Below are positions 47,820 to 58,465 of a stretch of 64,000 nucleotides of DNA, in pieces (positions within the stretch are counted from its first letter, which is position 1; the number at the start of each line of letters is the position of its first letter). The stretch is from assembly GCA_003510435.1 (NCBI GenBank), contig DOMK01000013.1:12135-76134 (forward strand). Direction: 5' to 3'. The translations under genes were made by a program, and so were the position numbers. The notes under the pieces are model-generated. The model was not told the origin of the DNA and did no database searches. It saw only the letters and a program-made list of their open reading frames with translations. This DNA comes from Candidatus Magasanikiibacteriota bacterium. Lineage in GTDB: Bacteria > Patescibacteriota > Patescibacteriia > Magasanikbacterales > UBA922.

Positions 47820-48479
47820 TTATTTCAAAATTTTTTCAATTTCCTTATCAACTTTATCAATATCAATCTCACCATCTACAGTTTTTAAGACTCCCAAATC
47901 TTGGTAATAATCCAAAATTGGTCTAATGGCTGTATTCCCTTGTTCAATAATTCTCTTTTTGGCTGACTCGGGATTATCATCTTCACGAATTATTAATTTA
48001 CCCCTACATTCTGGACAATCAAACTTGGCTTCATTTTCTAGAGAATAAGGCAATATATATCCACAATCTGGACAAATTTTACGTCGAGTCAAACGATTAA
48101 AACTAGTCTTGTCAGATAAAGCAATTTCAATTACCAAAATTTCATTTTCTAAACGCTTGTTAGTAAAATATTCTTGGTATTTTTTGGCTTGCTCTACATT
48201 GCGAATCGCCCCATCTAACAAAACCCCTCTACCTGAATCTAAATTTTTATCCATAGCCGAAAAAGCTAGCTTGTATATCAAATCATCAGCTACTAGTTTA
48301 CCAGCTTTCATGTCATCTAATTTTTGTTTATCTGTTGGGTCAGCATTTGGATCTTTATCCAAAGCGCGCAATAAATCTCCAGTGGAAATATGCGCCAAAT
48401 CATATCGACCAACTAATTTTCTTGCTTGGGTGCCCTTACCACTCCCGGGGACGCCCATTAATATTATTACTTTTTTCAT
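47820..48479 (-). CDS. adk: Adenylate kinase with zinc lid
   Basis: GVPGSGKGTQ, HISTGDLLR, CPDC/CPEC, REDD. Confidence 0.93.
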   Translation of the reverse strand: MKKVIILMGVPGSGKGTQARKLVGRYDLAHISTGDLLRALDKDPNADPTDKQKLDDMKAGKLVADDLIYKLAFSAMDKNLDSGRGVLLDGAIRNVEQAKKYQEYFTNKRLENEILVIEIALSDKTSFNRLTRRKICPDCGYILPYSLENEAKFDCPECRGKLIIREDDNPESAKKRIIEQGNTAIRPILDYYQDLGVLKTVDGEIDIDKVDKEIEKILK

Positions 48480-48551
48480 AGCATTGATTAAAACTGATTT
48501 AGACTGATTTAAACGATTAAATTTCTGTTTTAATCTGTCTAAATCAATGCT
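48480..48551. repeat. Family-A inverted repeat
   Basis: AGCATTGATTAAAACTGATT ... AATCTGTCTAAATCAATGCT; arms nearly identical to 52760-52830. Confidence 0.88.
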
Positions 48552-48552
48552 T

Positions 48553-48834
48553 TTACAATTGATTATAATAATTTTTAAACACTGTCATTAATCCTTCTTT
48601 ATCATCATGACTTATTTTTCCACTAACACGTAAATGATGCAACACATCACGAATCTTTTGCAAAGAAATCATATGCTGACCATCACGAGCAGCCAAAATA
48701 GCCAATTCTACGGTTTGTTCATCATGATAATTTAAAGAAGCTACTTTATGTTGTGAAACCAAATGTCTGACAGCTTCACTATGTAGATGATGTCCTGTGG
48801 TAGAATATTTTGTACTAGAGCCAAATATTGACAT
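48553..48834 (-). CDS. Hypothetical His-rich protein
   Basis: 93-aa ORF. Confidence 0.6.
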   Translation of the reverse strand: MSIFGSSTKYSTTGHHLHSEAVRHLVSQHKVASLNYHDEQTVELAILAARDGQHMISLQKIRDVLHHLRVSGKISHDDKEGLMTVFKNYYNQL

Positions 48835-48987
48835 ATTTTAATAATTAATTTTGCTTAAATTAGCAAATTTATTCTATCATAAAACAAAGGCATTGACAAA
48901 TATATATATGTGTGATAAAATAATTTGTCTTGTGGGTTACTTACACCCACAGATAGCATACAACCGATCTTACCTGGAGGGAAGAAA

Positions 48988-49176
48988 ATGCAAATTCGTT
49001 TTCTAGACATCGTTGCCTTGGTCGTTCAGGTACTAGTGGTCCTAGGTGGTTTGTTACTCACAATACTCAGTGAGACCGTGTGGGATCTGTCGGTTGGAAT
49101 CGCGACAACCTACAGCGGAGTACGGGCGATAAAAGGCATCTTCAAAGAAATGAGGACGCCTCCACCAGCCGATTAA
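48988..49176 (+). CDS. Small membrane orphan protein, GC-richer
   Basis: GGAGG SD; TTGACA-17-TAAAAT at 48893-48921; downstream hairpins. Confidence 0.65.
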   Translation: MQIRFLDIVALVVQVLVVLGGLLLTILSETVWDLSVGIATTYSGVRAIKGIFKEMRTPPPAD

Positions 49177-49253
49177 GTGAGGGGGCAGTCAGTTCCAAGC
49201 CCCCCAGAGCAATAAAACATTTATTTTTCTGGGGGACTGATTGCCTTAATAAT

Positions 49254-49286
49254 AAAACCAGCTGTTTTTAAACGGCTGGTTTTTTT
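49254..49286. terminator. Bidirectional terminator after secY
   Basis: aaaaccagctgttt-tt-aaacggctggtttt. Confidence 0.7.
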
Positions 49287-49319
49287 GTTTTGTGTTATGT
49301 GTTTTGTGACTCGTGTCGA

Positions 49320-50591
49320 TTACATCCTATCATACTCATGTACCTCAATCTGAGAATCAATCTGCTTGGCAGTTTCAATCGCTACTGACACAACGATCAA
49401 AAGTGAAGTACCACCGATTACTAATGACTGAGTACCAGTAAAAGCCCGAAGAACTAATGGCATAATCGCAATTAAACCCAAGAACAAAGCACCAACGAAA
49501 ATTAATCGATTCATGGTCTTGCCTAAATATTCTTCAGTTTGTTTACCAGGACGAATCCCAGGAATAAAACCACCCTGTCTTTGTAAATTTTCAGCCATTT
49601 TTTGAGGATGAAAAATGACAGCCGTATAAAAATATGTAAAACCAAATACTAAAATAAAATAGAGTAAAGCGTAAAATAGCTGATTATTAAAAATATTCAC
49701 TATAAACTTAGCAGCTGTGGCAGAAAAACCAGCGCCATTTACAAAAAACTGAGCAATCATTGGCGGAAACAAAACCACTGAGATAGCAAAGATAATCGGA
49801 ATTACACCAGCCATATTTACGCGCAAAGGTAAATGGGTGCTATTGCCACCATAGGTTTTATTACCCCGAATTTGTTTGGCATAACTAACAGGAATATTTC
49901 TTTGTCCTTCACTAATGATAACCACACCAACAATCGTACCAACAGCAATAGCTACAAATAACAAATAAGTAACTAAATCAGCTGGATTATAATTTATTAC
50001 CAAATTTTGTACAACGTTTGGTAAATTGGCTACGATACCAGCAAAGATAAGAAGTGAAATACCATTGCCAATTTTCTTTTCAGTTATTAATTCACCAATC
50101 CACATTAAAAATACTGTACCCGCAGAAATTATAATCATGATGGAAGCTAATTTCCAATAGGTTAAATCTGGAATAATATTATTTTGTGATTGATTCAAAA
50201 GCTTGATCATACCAAAAGCTTGCAACAAAGCCAAAGGCACAGTTGCCAGTCTGGTATACATATTGATTTTTTGTTGACCCGCTTCACCCTCTTTTTGCAT
50301 TTCTTCCAAACGAGGAATAACCATGGCTAACAACTGAAAAATAATTGAAGATGTAATATATGGTGACACACCCATGAGCACAATAGAAAAATTTTCCATG
50401 GTGCCACCAGAAAAAACATTTAATAAACCTAAAATTTGATTACCAGATAAAAATTTTGCCAAAGCCACTGTGTCTACCCCTGGAATCGGAACATGAGCTG
50501 CAAATCTAAAAACAATAAGCAGTCCTAAAACAAATAGGACTCGATTGCGTAAATCTTTAATTTTCCAAATTCGTCTTATCTTTTCCCACAT
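49320..50591 (-). CDS. secY: Preprotein translocase SecY
   Basis: PYITSSII, GNGISL, AGVIPIIFA, IPGIRPG, GGTSLLI. Confidence 0.97.
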   Translation of the reverse strand: MWEKIRRIWKIKDLRNRVLFVLGLLIVFRFAAHVPIPGVDTVALAKFLSGNQILGLLNVFSGGTMENFSIVLMGVSPYITSSIIFQLLAMVIPRLEEMQKEGEAGQQKINMYTRLATVPLALLQAFGMIKLLNQSQNNIIPDLTYWKLASIMIIISAGTVFLMWIGELITEKKIGNGISLLIFAGIVANLPNVVQNLVINYNPADLVTYLLFVAIAVGTIVGVVIISEGQRNIPVSYAKQIRGNKTYGGNSTHLPLRVNMAGVIPIIFAISVVLFPPMIAQFFVNGAGFSATAAKFIVNIFNNQLFYALLYFILVFGFTYFYTAVIFHPQKMAENLQRQGGFIPGIRPGKQTEEYLGKTMNRLIFVGALFLGLIAIMPLVLRAFTGTQSLVIGGTSLLIVVSVAIETAKQIDSQIEVHEYDRM

Positions 50592-50601
50592 ATCATCGTT
50601 T

Positions 50602-50742
50602 CATTCCGAGTTTACGAGGTCGAAGATACTCTTGAGTGAATCTTTTTTACCCCGCGACTCTTTAAAACCATTGGCTAATAATTTGAAAAAGTTTATTTTA
50701 GAAAAGATTCCTCACCTCACCTCATCGGCGGGTTCGGAATGA
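50602..50742. repeat. Inward-facing pair of TCATTCCG elements between rplO and secY
   Basis: TCATTCCGAG...GAATC and GATTCC...TCGGAATGA; the right unit nearly matches 30848-30882. Confidence 0.75.
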
Positions 50743-50743
50743 A

Positions 50744-51187
50744 CTAAAAAACTATTTTTGAACCACTCTTTTCTATCAATTCAACGGCTTTCTTACTTGC
50801 CAAACAACTTTTAATAGTAATTTTCTTTTTCAATTCACCTTTAGCAACAATTTTTACTCCCTTAGTAGGATGGCCAATTACACCTTTTTTATCAAGATAG
50901 CGTGGAGTAACCAAATCACCTTCTTTAACAATTCTTTCCAAAGTATCCAAGGTAACAGTTTCTTTCTTACTATAAATACTCTTGAAACCACGAAGTTTTG
51001 GTACTTTTAATAAAGAAGCTTTAAAAGCTCTAATTTGGGTCCGACTCTTGCCACCAGAACGAGATCTCTGACCTTTCAAACCACGCGCTGAATAAGTACC
51101 TTTACCAGAGGCATTACCACGACCAACTCTTTTTCCTTTTCGTTTTATTCCTGTACCAGGTTTAATTGTACTAGCAGTTAATACCAT
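50744..51187 (-). CDS. rplO: 50S ribosomal protein L15
   Basis: RVGRGNASGKG..RGLKGQRSRSG. Confidence 0.95.
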   Translation of the reverse strand: MVLTASTIKPGTGIKRKGKRVGRGNASGKGTYSARGLKGQRSRSGGKSRTQIRAFKASLLKVPKLRGFKSIYSKKETVTLDTLERIVKEGDLVTPRYLDKKGVIGHPTKGVKIVAKGELKKKITIKSCLASKKAVELIEKSGSKIVF

Positions 51188-51199
51188 ATTTAATATTTA

Positions 51200-51802
51200 T
51201 TATTGTTTATCATTATCTTTGTTGACTTTCTTTACAACCTCTTTTTTACCTTCATCCACATTGACATTGCTTATATTAGTATCCAGCTTAACTGCAACTG
51301 GTTCAACTTTTTTTGGTAAACTATTCTTTTTAAACATTTGCAAACAATCAAAAGTAGCTTTCACATTACTAATTTTATTATTAGTTCTACCAATCATCTT
51401 AGCAGAAGCATTTGGTACTCCAGCTAATTCTAACACTACTCTGATTGAACCACCAGCAATAATACCACTCCCCTTTGGAGCTGGTTTAATAAAAACCTTG
51501 GCCGCTTTATATTTGGCTTGAACAGTATGAGGAATAGAATCAGCATTCATTGGTACAGTAATAATATTCTTTTTAGCTTGATTCACGGCTTTTTCTACGG
51601 CCATTTGAACATCTTTACCTTTATCAACTCCGTAACCAACCCGGCCTTTTCTATCACCAATCACAACAGTGGCGCGAAAACTCAATTGTTTTCCACCTTT
51701 TGTCACACGAGTCACACGAGCCAAATCAACAATTTGTTGATCAAACTCTGGCTTCTCTTTTTTTGGTTTTTGACCTGATTTTCCTTTACCTTTGTATGCC
51801 AT
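51200..51802 (-). CDS. rpsE: 30S ribosomal protein S5
   Basis: RVTRVTKGG, PAPKGSGIIAGG. Confidence 0.96.
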   Translation of the reverse strand: MAYKGKGKSGQKPKKEKPEFDQQIVDLARVTRVTKGGKQLSFRATVVIGDRKGRVGYGVDKGKDVQMAVEKAVNQAKKNIITVPMNADSIPHTVQAKYKAAKVFIKPAPKGSGIIAGGSIRVVLELAGVPNASAKMIGRTNNKISNVKATFDCLQMFKKNSLPKKVEPVAVKLDTNISNVNVDEGKKEVVKKVNKDNDKQ

Positions 51803-51824
51803 ATATTATTAAAATTATTTATTT

Positions 51825-52199
51825 TTAAAATTTCAAACCGGCTTCTCTAGCTCCGTCAGCAGCGGCTTGCACCCGACCCTGATATTTGTAACCAGCCCGA
51901 TCAAATACTACTTTGGTAATACCAGCTTCTTTAGCCTTAGCACCAAGACTCTTACCAACTAAAAATGCAACAGCTGTCTTTCCTTTTCTTTCACCAACAT
52001 CTTGTTTTTTATCAACACTCTTGCTGTGAACCGCTACTAAAGTTTTACTATTATTATCATCAATCAATTGAGCATAAAAATTTACCAAACCTTTAAAAAC
52101 ATTAAAACGAGGACAGTCGGCTGTACCAGAAACTCTAGTACGAACGCGTTGTTGTCTTCTTTGTCTTCTGTCTGATTTTGTTTTTAATCTTTTTACCAT
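51825..52199 (-). CDS. rplR: 50S ribosomal protein L18
   Basis: VVFDRAGYKYQGRV..AREAGLKF. Confidence 0.96.
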   Translation of the reverse strand: MVKRLKTKSDRRQRRQQRVRTRVSGTADCPRFNVFKGLVNFYAQLIDDNNSKTLVAVHSKSVDKKQDVGERKGKTAVAFLVGKSLGAKAKEAGITKVVFDRAGYKYQGRVQAAADGAREAGLKF

Positions 52200-52210
52200 A
52201 TCTTTATTTA

Positions 52211-52759
52211 TTAACTAGCAGATTTAGCCGCTGTCTTACCTTCTTTACGGCGGATAACTTCTTCAAGATATTTAATTCCTTTACCTTTGTAAGGTTCTGG
52301 TTTTCTAATTTTTCTTACTTCGGCTGCTACATTACCCAACAATTCTTTATCAGAACTTTCCAATGTAATTAGATTCTTTTCTACCCCAGCTGTCACCGTG
52401 TTTGGAATTTTGTAAATTACTGAATGGGAAAAACCAACTTCCAGTTTCAAATCTTTACCTTGCATGGCCACTTTATAACCCACACCATTAATTTCTAATT
52501 GTTTTTTAAATCCAGTTGTTACACCAGTCACCATATTTTGGATGTGAGAAGAAAAAGTTCCCCACAAAGAACGTTCCGATTTTTCATCTTCATTTTTAAC
52601 TGATACAGAAATAACGTTGTCCTCAATCTTAACACTCACTTTATCATTAAGCTTGCGAGTCAAAGTTCCTTTTGGACCTTTTACCAAAATTTCATCTGCT
52701 TTTAGATCAACGGTTACTCCAGCTGGAATTTGAATTGTTCTTTTGCCTATACGTGACAT
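52211..52759 (-). CDS. rplF: 50S ribosomal protein L6
   Basis: MSRIGK, PEPYKGKGI. Confidence 0.97.
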   Translation of the reverse strand: MSRIGKRTIQIPAGVTVDLKADEILVKGPKGTLTRKLNDKVSVKIEDNVISVSVKNEDEKSERSLWGTFSSHIQNMVTGVTTGFKKQLEINGVGYKVAMQGKDLKLEVGFSHSVIYKIPNTVTAGVEKNLITLESSDKELLGNVAAEVRKIRKPEPYKGKGIKYLEEVIRRKEGKTAAKSAS

Positions 52760-52830
52760 AGCATTGATTAAAACTGATTTAGACTGATTTCAGATAATTA
52801 AACATCTGTTTTAATCTGTCTAAATCAATG
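52760..52830. repeat. Family-A inverted repeat abutting the rplF start
   Basis: AGCATTGATTAAAACTGATTTAGACTGATTT ... TCTGTTTTAATCTGTCTAAATCAATG. Confidence 0.88.
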
Positions 52831-52844
52831 TTTATTTAGTTTAT

Positions 52845-53237
52845 TTAATATACTGAACAAATAATTTCTCCACCAATACCCAATTTACGAGCTTGCTTAT
52901 TAGTCATAAAACCTTGTGAAGTGGATATAACCGCCACACCAAAGTCATTCAAAATTCTCGGCATTTCCTCGGATTTGCGATAAATACGATAACCTGGCTT
53001 ACTCACCCGAACCAAAGATCTAATTTGTGGTTCTCGGTCATTGTATAAAAGCTCAATGGTTAATTTCTTTACTGGCTTTTCTTCCACAATTTCAACTTTG
53101 CCCACATATTTTTCTTGAGCCAAAATATCAGCAATCGCTTTTTTTACCTTTGAAAAAGGTAACACAATATTTGCCCGTCTTGATAATTGGGCATTGCGTA
53201 TGCGAGTTAACATGTCTGCGATAGGATCGGTCATCAT
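52845..53237 (-). CDS. rpsH: 30S ribosomal protein S8
   Basis: DPIADMLTRIRNA, SKPG.R.Y, GGE. Confidence 0.97.
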   Translation of the reverse strand: MMTDPIADMLTRIRNAQLSRRANIVLPFSKVKKAIADILAQEKYVGKVEIVEEKPVKKLTIELLYNDREPQIRSLVRVSKPGYRIYRKSEEMPRILNDFGVAVISTSQGFMTNKQARKLGIGGEIICSVY

Positions 53238-53313
53238 AGTTTTTGAGTAATTTTATTTATTGTACATTTATTTACTTACTAAAGTTTTACCACTTCTATA
53301 TTATAATTATTTT

Positions 53314-53390
53314 TCACCTTACCACCTCACCACTTAACCACATATACAAATTTGTGATTGAGTGATTAAGTGATAAAGTGGTTAAGTGAT
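53314..53390. repeat. Inverted repeat with 8-nt periodic arms (ACCACTTA/TAAGTGAT)
   Basis: Lies between rpsZ and rpsH. Confidence 0.65.
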
Positions 53391-53392
53391 TT

Positions 53393-53578
53393 TTACCAGC
53401 TTGACTTTCTTACACCCGGTAACTTTCCTTGGTTAGCTAATTCCCGGAAACAAATTCTACATAAACCAAATTTACGCATAAAACCATGCTTACGGCCGCA
53501 TTTCCAACAACGACGTACAATTCTAGTCGTATATTTTGGTGTTCTATTTGATTTTGCAATTTGTCCTTGTGTCGCCAT
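53393..53578 (-). CDS. rpsZ: 30S ribosomal protein S14, zinc-binding type
   Basis: [23 protein letters not shown]. Confidence 0.95.
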   Translation of the reverse strand: MATQGQIAKSNRTPKYTTRIVRRCWKCGRKHGFMRKFGLCRICFRELANQGKLPGVRKSSW

Positions 53579-53616
53579 ATATAACTTATTCTTTAAAAAA
53601 CATTTATTATATAATT

Positions 53617-54162
53617 TTATTTATCTCTAAATGGGAAACCAATCATCTTCAATAAAGCCAAACCTTGTTCTTTATTCTTGGCAGAAGTAGTAATAACTAC
53701 TTGTAAACCATGAATTTTATTGACAGCATCACTCTTTACTTCGGCAAATGGTAGTTGTTCTTTAAAACCAATACTGTAATTACCTTGTTTATCAAATGAT
53801 TTTGGACTAATACCACGGAAATCTTTTACCCGAGGTAAAACTATATTAGCCATTTTATCCAAAAAGTCATACATTCTCTTGCCATGTAAAGTAACTGACA
53901 CGCCAATTTCATTGCCTTCACGAATCTTAAAATTGGAAATAGACTTGGTAGTCTTGTTGTGAACTGGCTTTTGACCAGTAATCACTGTCAATGTCTTGGT
54001 TACATTTTCTATATAAGCACCATCTTTTATAAAACGTCCATAACCAACATTTACGGTCACTTTTTTAATTTTTGGTACTTGCATGACATTTTTGAAACCA
54101 AACTCTGCCATCAGGGCTGGAACAACTTTTTCTTTATAAATTTTATTTAATCTTGATTCCAT
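53617..54162 (-). CDS. rplE: 50S ribosomal protein L5
   Basis: [15 protein letters not shown]. Confidence 0.97.
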   Translation of the reverse strand: MESRLNKIYKEKVVPALMAEFGFKNVMQVPKIKKVTVNVGYGRFIKDGAYIENVTKTLTVITGQKPVHNKTTKSISNFKIREGNEIGVSVTLHGKRMYDFLDKMANIVLPRVKDFRGISPKSFDKQGNYSIGFKEQLPFAEVKSDAVNKIHGLQVVITTSAKNKEQGLALLKMIGFPFRDK

Positions 54163-54169
54163 ATTTTAT

Positions 54170-54242
54170 TCACTTTTTAGCACTTTAGCACTTTAGCACT
54201 TAAAACATTTTTTTGCTTAGGTGCTTGAGTGTTCAAGTGTTT
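54170..54242. repeat. Inverted repeat with 8-nt periodic arms (TAGCACTT/AAGTGTT)
   Basis: Lies between the rplX stop and the rplE start. Confidence 0.65.
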
Positions 54243-54563
54243 TTATTCTATATATTCACCACTAACTTTAGCAACACGTTTTTTTTCATTACCTTCCTGC
54301 TTGTAACCAACTCTAGTCGCCTTACCTGATTTTGGATCCAACAACATTACATTGCTGATACTAATTGGCGCTGGTAATTCGATTATTTGTCCTTTTTCAC
54401 CTTGTTTTCTAGTTCGCATGTGTTTCTTTAAAATATTCACATCTTCAATAACCACAAATAATTTTTGACTAGATTTATTTTTTAAAACCTGAATAACCTT
54501 GCCAGTCTTTCCACTGTCTTTTCCTTTTATAACTTTTACTTTGTCACCGGTTTTAATTTTCAT
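54243..54563 (-). CDS. rplX: 50S ribosomal protein L24
   Basis: [21 protein letters not shown]. Confidence 0.96.
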   Translation of the reverse strand: MKIKTGDKVKVIKGKDSGKTGKVIQVLKNKSSQKLFVVIEDVNILKKHMRTRKQGEKGQIIELPAPISISNVMLLDPKSGKATRVGYKQEGNEKKRVAKVSGEYIE

Positions 54564-54564
54564 A

Positions 54565-54660
54565 ACATTGATTTCACTGATTTATTATATTTGATTACAC
54601 TGATTTGGAGGATGTCTTTTATATCTGTGAAATCCATTTCCAAATCTGTGCAATCAATGT
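54565..54660. repeat. Family-A inverted repeat filling the rplN-rplX gap
   Basis: ACATTGATTTCACTGATTT / AAATCTGTGCAATCAATGT (17/19 match). Confidence 0.88.
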
Positions 54661-54661
54661 T

Positions 54662-55033
54662 TTATAAGACTTCAGGCGCTAATGAAATAATTTTTTGGAA
54701 ACCTTTGGTTCTAAGCTCTCTAGCGACTGGTCCAAAAATACGTGTTCCTTTTGGTTCTTTACTTTTTTTGTCAATAATTACAGCGGCGTTATTATCAAAA
54801 CGGATATATGTACCATCCTTACGACGCATTTCTTTTCTTTGACGAACAATCACAGCATGAACAACATCACCTTTCTTTATGGCGGCACGTGGAGCAGCTT
54901 CTTTGACAGCACAAGTAATTACATCACCAAGGAAGGAATAACGTTTTTTATACCCACCCAAGACACGAATACATTGTAATTTTTTTGCGCCAGAATTGTC
55001 TGCCACTTCTAACATTGATCTATGCTGGATCAT
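54662..55033 (-). CDS. rplN: 50S ribosomal protein L14
   Basis: [27 protein letters not shown]. Confidence 0.97.
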   Translation of the reverse strand: MIQHRSMLEVADNSGAKKLQCIRVLGGYKKRYSFLGDVITCAVKEAAPRAAIKKGDVVHAVIVRQRKEMRRKDGTYIRFDNNAAVIIDKKSKEPKGTRIFGPVARELRTKGFQKIISLAPEVL

Positions 55034-55056
55034 ACTTTAATAATTTATATATATAT

Positions 55057-55323
55057 TTAATTGGCAATTTTTATTAAACGCCATTTTTTGGTCTTGCTAA
55101 AAGGACGACACTCTTCAAAAATTACTTTATCACCAACTTTAGCAGTATTATTTTCATCATGCACGGCATATTTCTTACTAGACATATACTGTTTTCTGTA
55201 TTTGGCATGCATTTTTTTAATTTTTACCAAAACATGAATTGTCTTATTTTCTACAGTACTCAAGACCTCGCCTTCAAAACGACGGTGAATTACAACTTTT
55301 GTTTTATTAGCTTCATTTGTCAT
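55057..55323 (-). CDS. rpsQ: 30S ribosomal protein S17
   Basis: HDENN..GD.V...ECRPFSKTKKW. Confidence 0.95.
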   Translation of the reverse strand: MTNEANKTKVVIHRRFEGEVLSTVENKTIHVLVKIKKMHAKYRKQYMSSKKYAVHDENNTAKVGDKVIFEECRPFSKTKKWRLIKIAN

Positions 55324-55325
55324 AT

Positions 55326-55517
55326 TTACTTCTTATTTTTAGCATTTAACAAAGTCAAAATTTGAGCAACTATTTTTTTATTATTACGAATTTCTCTTAC
55401 TTTTTTTAGCTGATTCTCACTAGCTTTAAAACGTAACTCACGAACTTCTTCTCTCTTTTCTGATAATAGATCTTGAAGTTCTTTTATACTTTTATTTTTT
55501 AAGTCCTTAAAATCCAT
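55326..55517 (-). CDS. rpmC: 50S ribosomal protein L29
   Basis: ELRF, VAQILT; position in the operon. Confidence 0.92.
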   Translation of the reverse strand: MDFKDLKNKSIKELQDLLSEKREEVRELRFKASENQLKKVREIRNNKKIVAQILTLLNAKNKK

Positions 55518-55519
55518 AC

Positions 55520-55627
55520 AACATTGATTTAACTGATTTATATTGATTTCACAGATTACTTACGTATTTTTTGATTATCAATTCGTATTCAGTGTAATCT
55601 ATTTTCTTAATCTGCGCAATCAATGTT
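55520..55627. repeat. Family-A inverted repeat filling the rplP-rpmC gap
   Basis: AACATTGATTTAACTGATT / AATCTGCGCAATCAATGTT. Confidence 0.85.
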
Positions 55628-56040
55628 TAGTCCTTTTTAATAAATTTAACTTTGGTTGGTAATTTATAACCACTCAAGAGTAAAGCTGTTCTAGCTTCGC
55701 TTTCCAAAATACCATCCATTTCCATCATTACTGTACCTGGTTTGATAGTACAAACATAATGATCCGGTGCACCTTTACCTCCACCCATTGGAACTTCGCT
55801 ACCTTTTTTTGTTACTGGTCTATCAGGAAAAATTCTAATCCAGATCTTACCACCACGACGAACATAACGAGTCAGTACACGACGAGCTGCTTCAATTTGA
55901 CGAGAGGTCACCCAAGCATGATCAAGAGCAACAATACCAAAAGCGCCAAAAGCTAAAGTGTTTATACGGCTGGCCACTCCTCTATTCTTATGACGTGGCT
56001 TGTGCCATTTTCTATGTTTTACTTTCTTGGGTAACAGCAT
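55627..56040 (-). CDS. rplP: 50S ribosomal protein L16
   Basis: RQIEAAR, WIRIFPD, MGGGKG. Confidence 0.97.
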   Translation of the reverse strand: MLLPKKVKHRKWHKPRHKNRGVASRINTLAFGAFGIVALDHAWVTSRQIEAARRVLTRYVRRGGKIWIRIFPDRPVTKKGSEVPMGGGKGAPDHYVCTIKPGTVMMEMDGILESEARTALLLSGYKLPTKVKFIKKD

Positions 56041-56077
56041 ACCTTTTATAAAATTTCTTATGTATAATTTTCAAAAT

Positions 56078-56773
56078 TTAATCCTTTTTTATTTCTTTTT
56101 TGGTATCAGTATCACTGGTTTCAGTAAACTTATCTTTTCTACCAAATATTTCACCATGACAAATCCAGACTTTTACACCAATTTTACCATAGATTGTATC
56201 AGCTTCTACCAAGGCGTAATCAACATCACTTCTTAGGGTAATTAACGGCACTGTTCCAGCGGCTAATTTTTCGGTTCTAGCAATTTCTACCCCATTCAAT
56301 CTTCCAGCCATACAAATTTTTACTCCTTTGGCGCCAGCTTTCATTACTCTCTCAATCGTTTGCTTCATGATACGACGGAAAGGAATACGTTTCTCCACGT
56401 CAGCGGCACAAGTCTGGGCAACAATGGAAGCTGATAAAGCTGGAGATTTCACTTCTTTGATATTCAATTTAACTTTGAGTGACATTTGTAAAAATTTTCT
56501 TTCAATTTCTTTTCGTAAATCATCCAAAGACTTACCACCACGACCGATTATAAAACCTGGCTTACCAGCAAATACTGTAACGGTCATATTCTTTGGTCCA
56601 CGTTCTACACCAATTGAATCAATATGGGCATCTTTAAATTTTTTTGTCAAAAATTCACGAATACTAATATCCTGTTCTGCCATTTTTGGATAATTGTTTT
56701 TTCCAAACCACTTTGAATCCCAAGTATAAATAACTTGTGTTCTATGTGCTCTTGGATGTACTTTATGACCCAT
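56078..56773 (-). CDS. rpsC: 30S ribosomal protein S3
   Basis: MGHKVHP, GRLNGVEIAR, GKIGVKVWI. Confidence 0.97.
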   Translation of the reverse strand: MGHKVHPRAHRTQVIYTWDSKWFGKNNYPKMAEQDISIREFLTKKFKDAHIDSIGVERGPKNMTVTVFAGKPGFIIGRGGKSLDDLRKEIERKFLQMSLKVKLNIKEVKSPALSASIVAQTCAADVEKRIPFRRIMKQTIERVMKAGAKGVKICMAGRLNGVEIARTEKLAAGTVPLITLRSDVDYALVEADTIYGKIGVKVWICHGEIFGRKDKFTETSDTDTKKEIKKD

Positions 56774-56799
56774 ATAAATTAATTTCCAATTAACTAAAA

Positions 56800-57252
56800 T
56801 TACTTATTTTCTGTTTTTTTATCAACTTTTTCTTCATTCTTTACAGCCTTGTCTTCTTTTTTATCTTCTTTAGCAACTTTTTTATTTTCTTTCTTTACTT
56901 TTTTACCCTCATTAGCTTCCCCTTCCAAAACAACTGTCACATGAGAACCACGCTTTTTTAGTGGTGAAGCTGAACCCATAGCTCTTGGCATCCAACGATG
57001 TAAGGCTGGAGCTTCGTCTACAAAAGCAGTCTTAACAACCAAAGTTTCTTCTTTTAAATTATTATTTTCTCTAGCATTGGCCACAGCAGACAACAAAAGC
57101 TTCAAAACTGGACGAGAAGCATGCTTTTGATTATTTTCCAATTGGGAAACAGCTTCATCCACTTTTAAACCACGAATAAGACCAATAAGCAAACGAACTT
57201 TTCGTGGGCTCATTCTCAAATGTCTTAATTTTGCTGTGACTTGCTCTTTCAT
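56800..57252 (-). CDS. rplV: 50S ribosomal protein L22
   Basis: SPRKVRL, SAVANA, PRAMG. Confidence 0.96.
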   Translation of the reverse strand: MKEQVTAKLRHLRMSPRKVRLLIGLIRGLKVDEAVSQLENNQKHASRPVLKLLLSAVANARENNNLKEETLVVKTAFVDEAPALHRWMPRAMGSASPLKKRGSHVTVVLEGEANEGKKVKKENKKVAKEDKKEDKAVKNEEKVDKKTENK

Positions 57253-57258
57253 ATATTA

Positions 57259-57546
57259 TTATTCAGATTTCTTTTGTTCTTTGGCCATTTTTCCACCATG
57301 ACCAAGGAATTTTCTAGTTGGAGAAAATTCTCCCAACTTATGTCCAACCATATTCTCTTCTACAAAGACATTGATAAAATCTTTTCCATTGTGGACTAAA
57401 AAAGTCAAACCAATAAATTCTGGTGCAATTGTACAGGCTCGTGCCCAAGTCTTGATTGGTGTATTGTCTTTTGTTTCTCTGGCCTTGACTGCTTTTTTCA
57501 TCAATTTTTCATCAATATAAGGCCCTTTTTTTAAACTTCTTGACAT
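57259..57546 (-). CDS. rpsS: 30S ribosomal protein S19
   Basis: [23 protein letters not shown]. Confidence 0.97.
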   Translation of the reverse strand: MSRSLKKGPYIDEKLMKKAVKARETKDNTPIKTWARACTIAPEFIGLTFLVHNGKDFINVFVEENMVGHKLGEFSPTRKFLGHGGKMAKEQKKSE

Positions 57547-57615
57547 AGTCCACAAAAATTATTTTCTTTTTTAGTTATATAATCGTTTTTTTAATTTACT
57601 ATTTTATTATAAAGT

Positions 57616-58458
57616 TTATTTGCTTTTCTTTCGTCTCTGTACAATAAACTTATTACTCCATTTACTTCTCTTTCTTGTCTTAACACCCAAAGCTTTCTTG
57701 CCCCATGGAGTTTTTGGACCACCACGTAAACCGATCGGACTGTGGCCCTCTCCACCACCATGTGGGTGATCAATTGGGTTCATATTCTTACCTTTTACGA
57801 TTGGTCTCCAACCAAGCATTCTTCTGCGACCGGCCTTACCCCATCTTACCAAAGATTTGTCTTGATTGCTAATTGTTCCAACAGTCGCAGCACACTCTTT
57901 CTTTATCATTCGCACTTCTCCAGAAGGCAATTTCAATTGAGCATATTTACCTTCCATAACTTGTAATTGAGCACAATTACCAGCTCCTCTTACCAATTGT
58001 CCACCTTTGCCAGGAGTCATTTCTACATTGTAAACAAATAAACCAATTGGGATAAATTCTAATGGCATTCTGTTGCCAACTTTGGCTTCAATTTTATTCT
58101 TACTAGACATTACTTTATCACCAACTGTAATTCCTTTTGGAGCAATAAAGTAAGCTTTTTCACCACCAGTATATTCTACAAGCATAATCCGAGCGCCACG
58201 ATTTGGATCATATTCAATCGTCTTTACTTCGGCTTCAATATCAAATTTAGTACATTTAAAATCAACAACTCTATAAAGTCTCTTTACCCCACCACCACGA
58301 TGGCGGACGGTAATCTTACCAGTATTATTTCTTCCGGAATGTTTTTTAAGAGTCGTCACCAAAGATTTTTCTGGTACAATATTTGTTATATCAGAAAAAT
58401 CCTGCACGCTTGATTTGCGTCTACCTGGTGTAGTTGGTTTGTAGACTTTAATTCCCAT
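57616..58458 (-). CDS. rplB: 50S ribosomal protein L2
   Basis: [20 protein letters not shown]. Confidence 0.98.
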   Translation of the reverse strand: MGIKVYKPTTPGRRKSSVQDFSDITNIVPEKSLVTTLKKHSGRNNTGKITVRHRGGGVKRLYRVVDFKCTKFDIEAEVKTIEYDPNRGARIMLVEYTGGEKAYFIAPKGITVGDKVMSSKNKIEAKVGNRMPLEFIPIGLFVYNVEMTPGKGGQLVRGAGNCAQLQVMEGKYAQLKLPSGEVRMIKKECAATVGTISNQDKSLVRWGKAGRRRMLGWRPIVKGKNMNPIDHPHGGGEGHSPIGLRGGPKTPWGKKALGVKTRKRSKWSNKFIVQRRKKSK

Positions 58459-58465
58459 ATTTTAT

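Noticed and set aside
51188-51199. Missing rpmD (L30) between rpsE and rplO
   Set aside because: The absence is real but is a known general feature of CPR; used only as a taxonomic cue.
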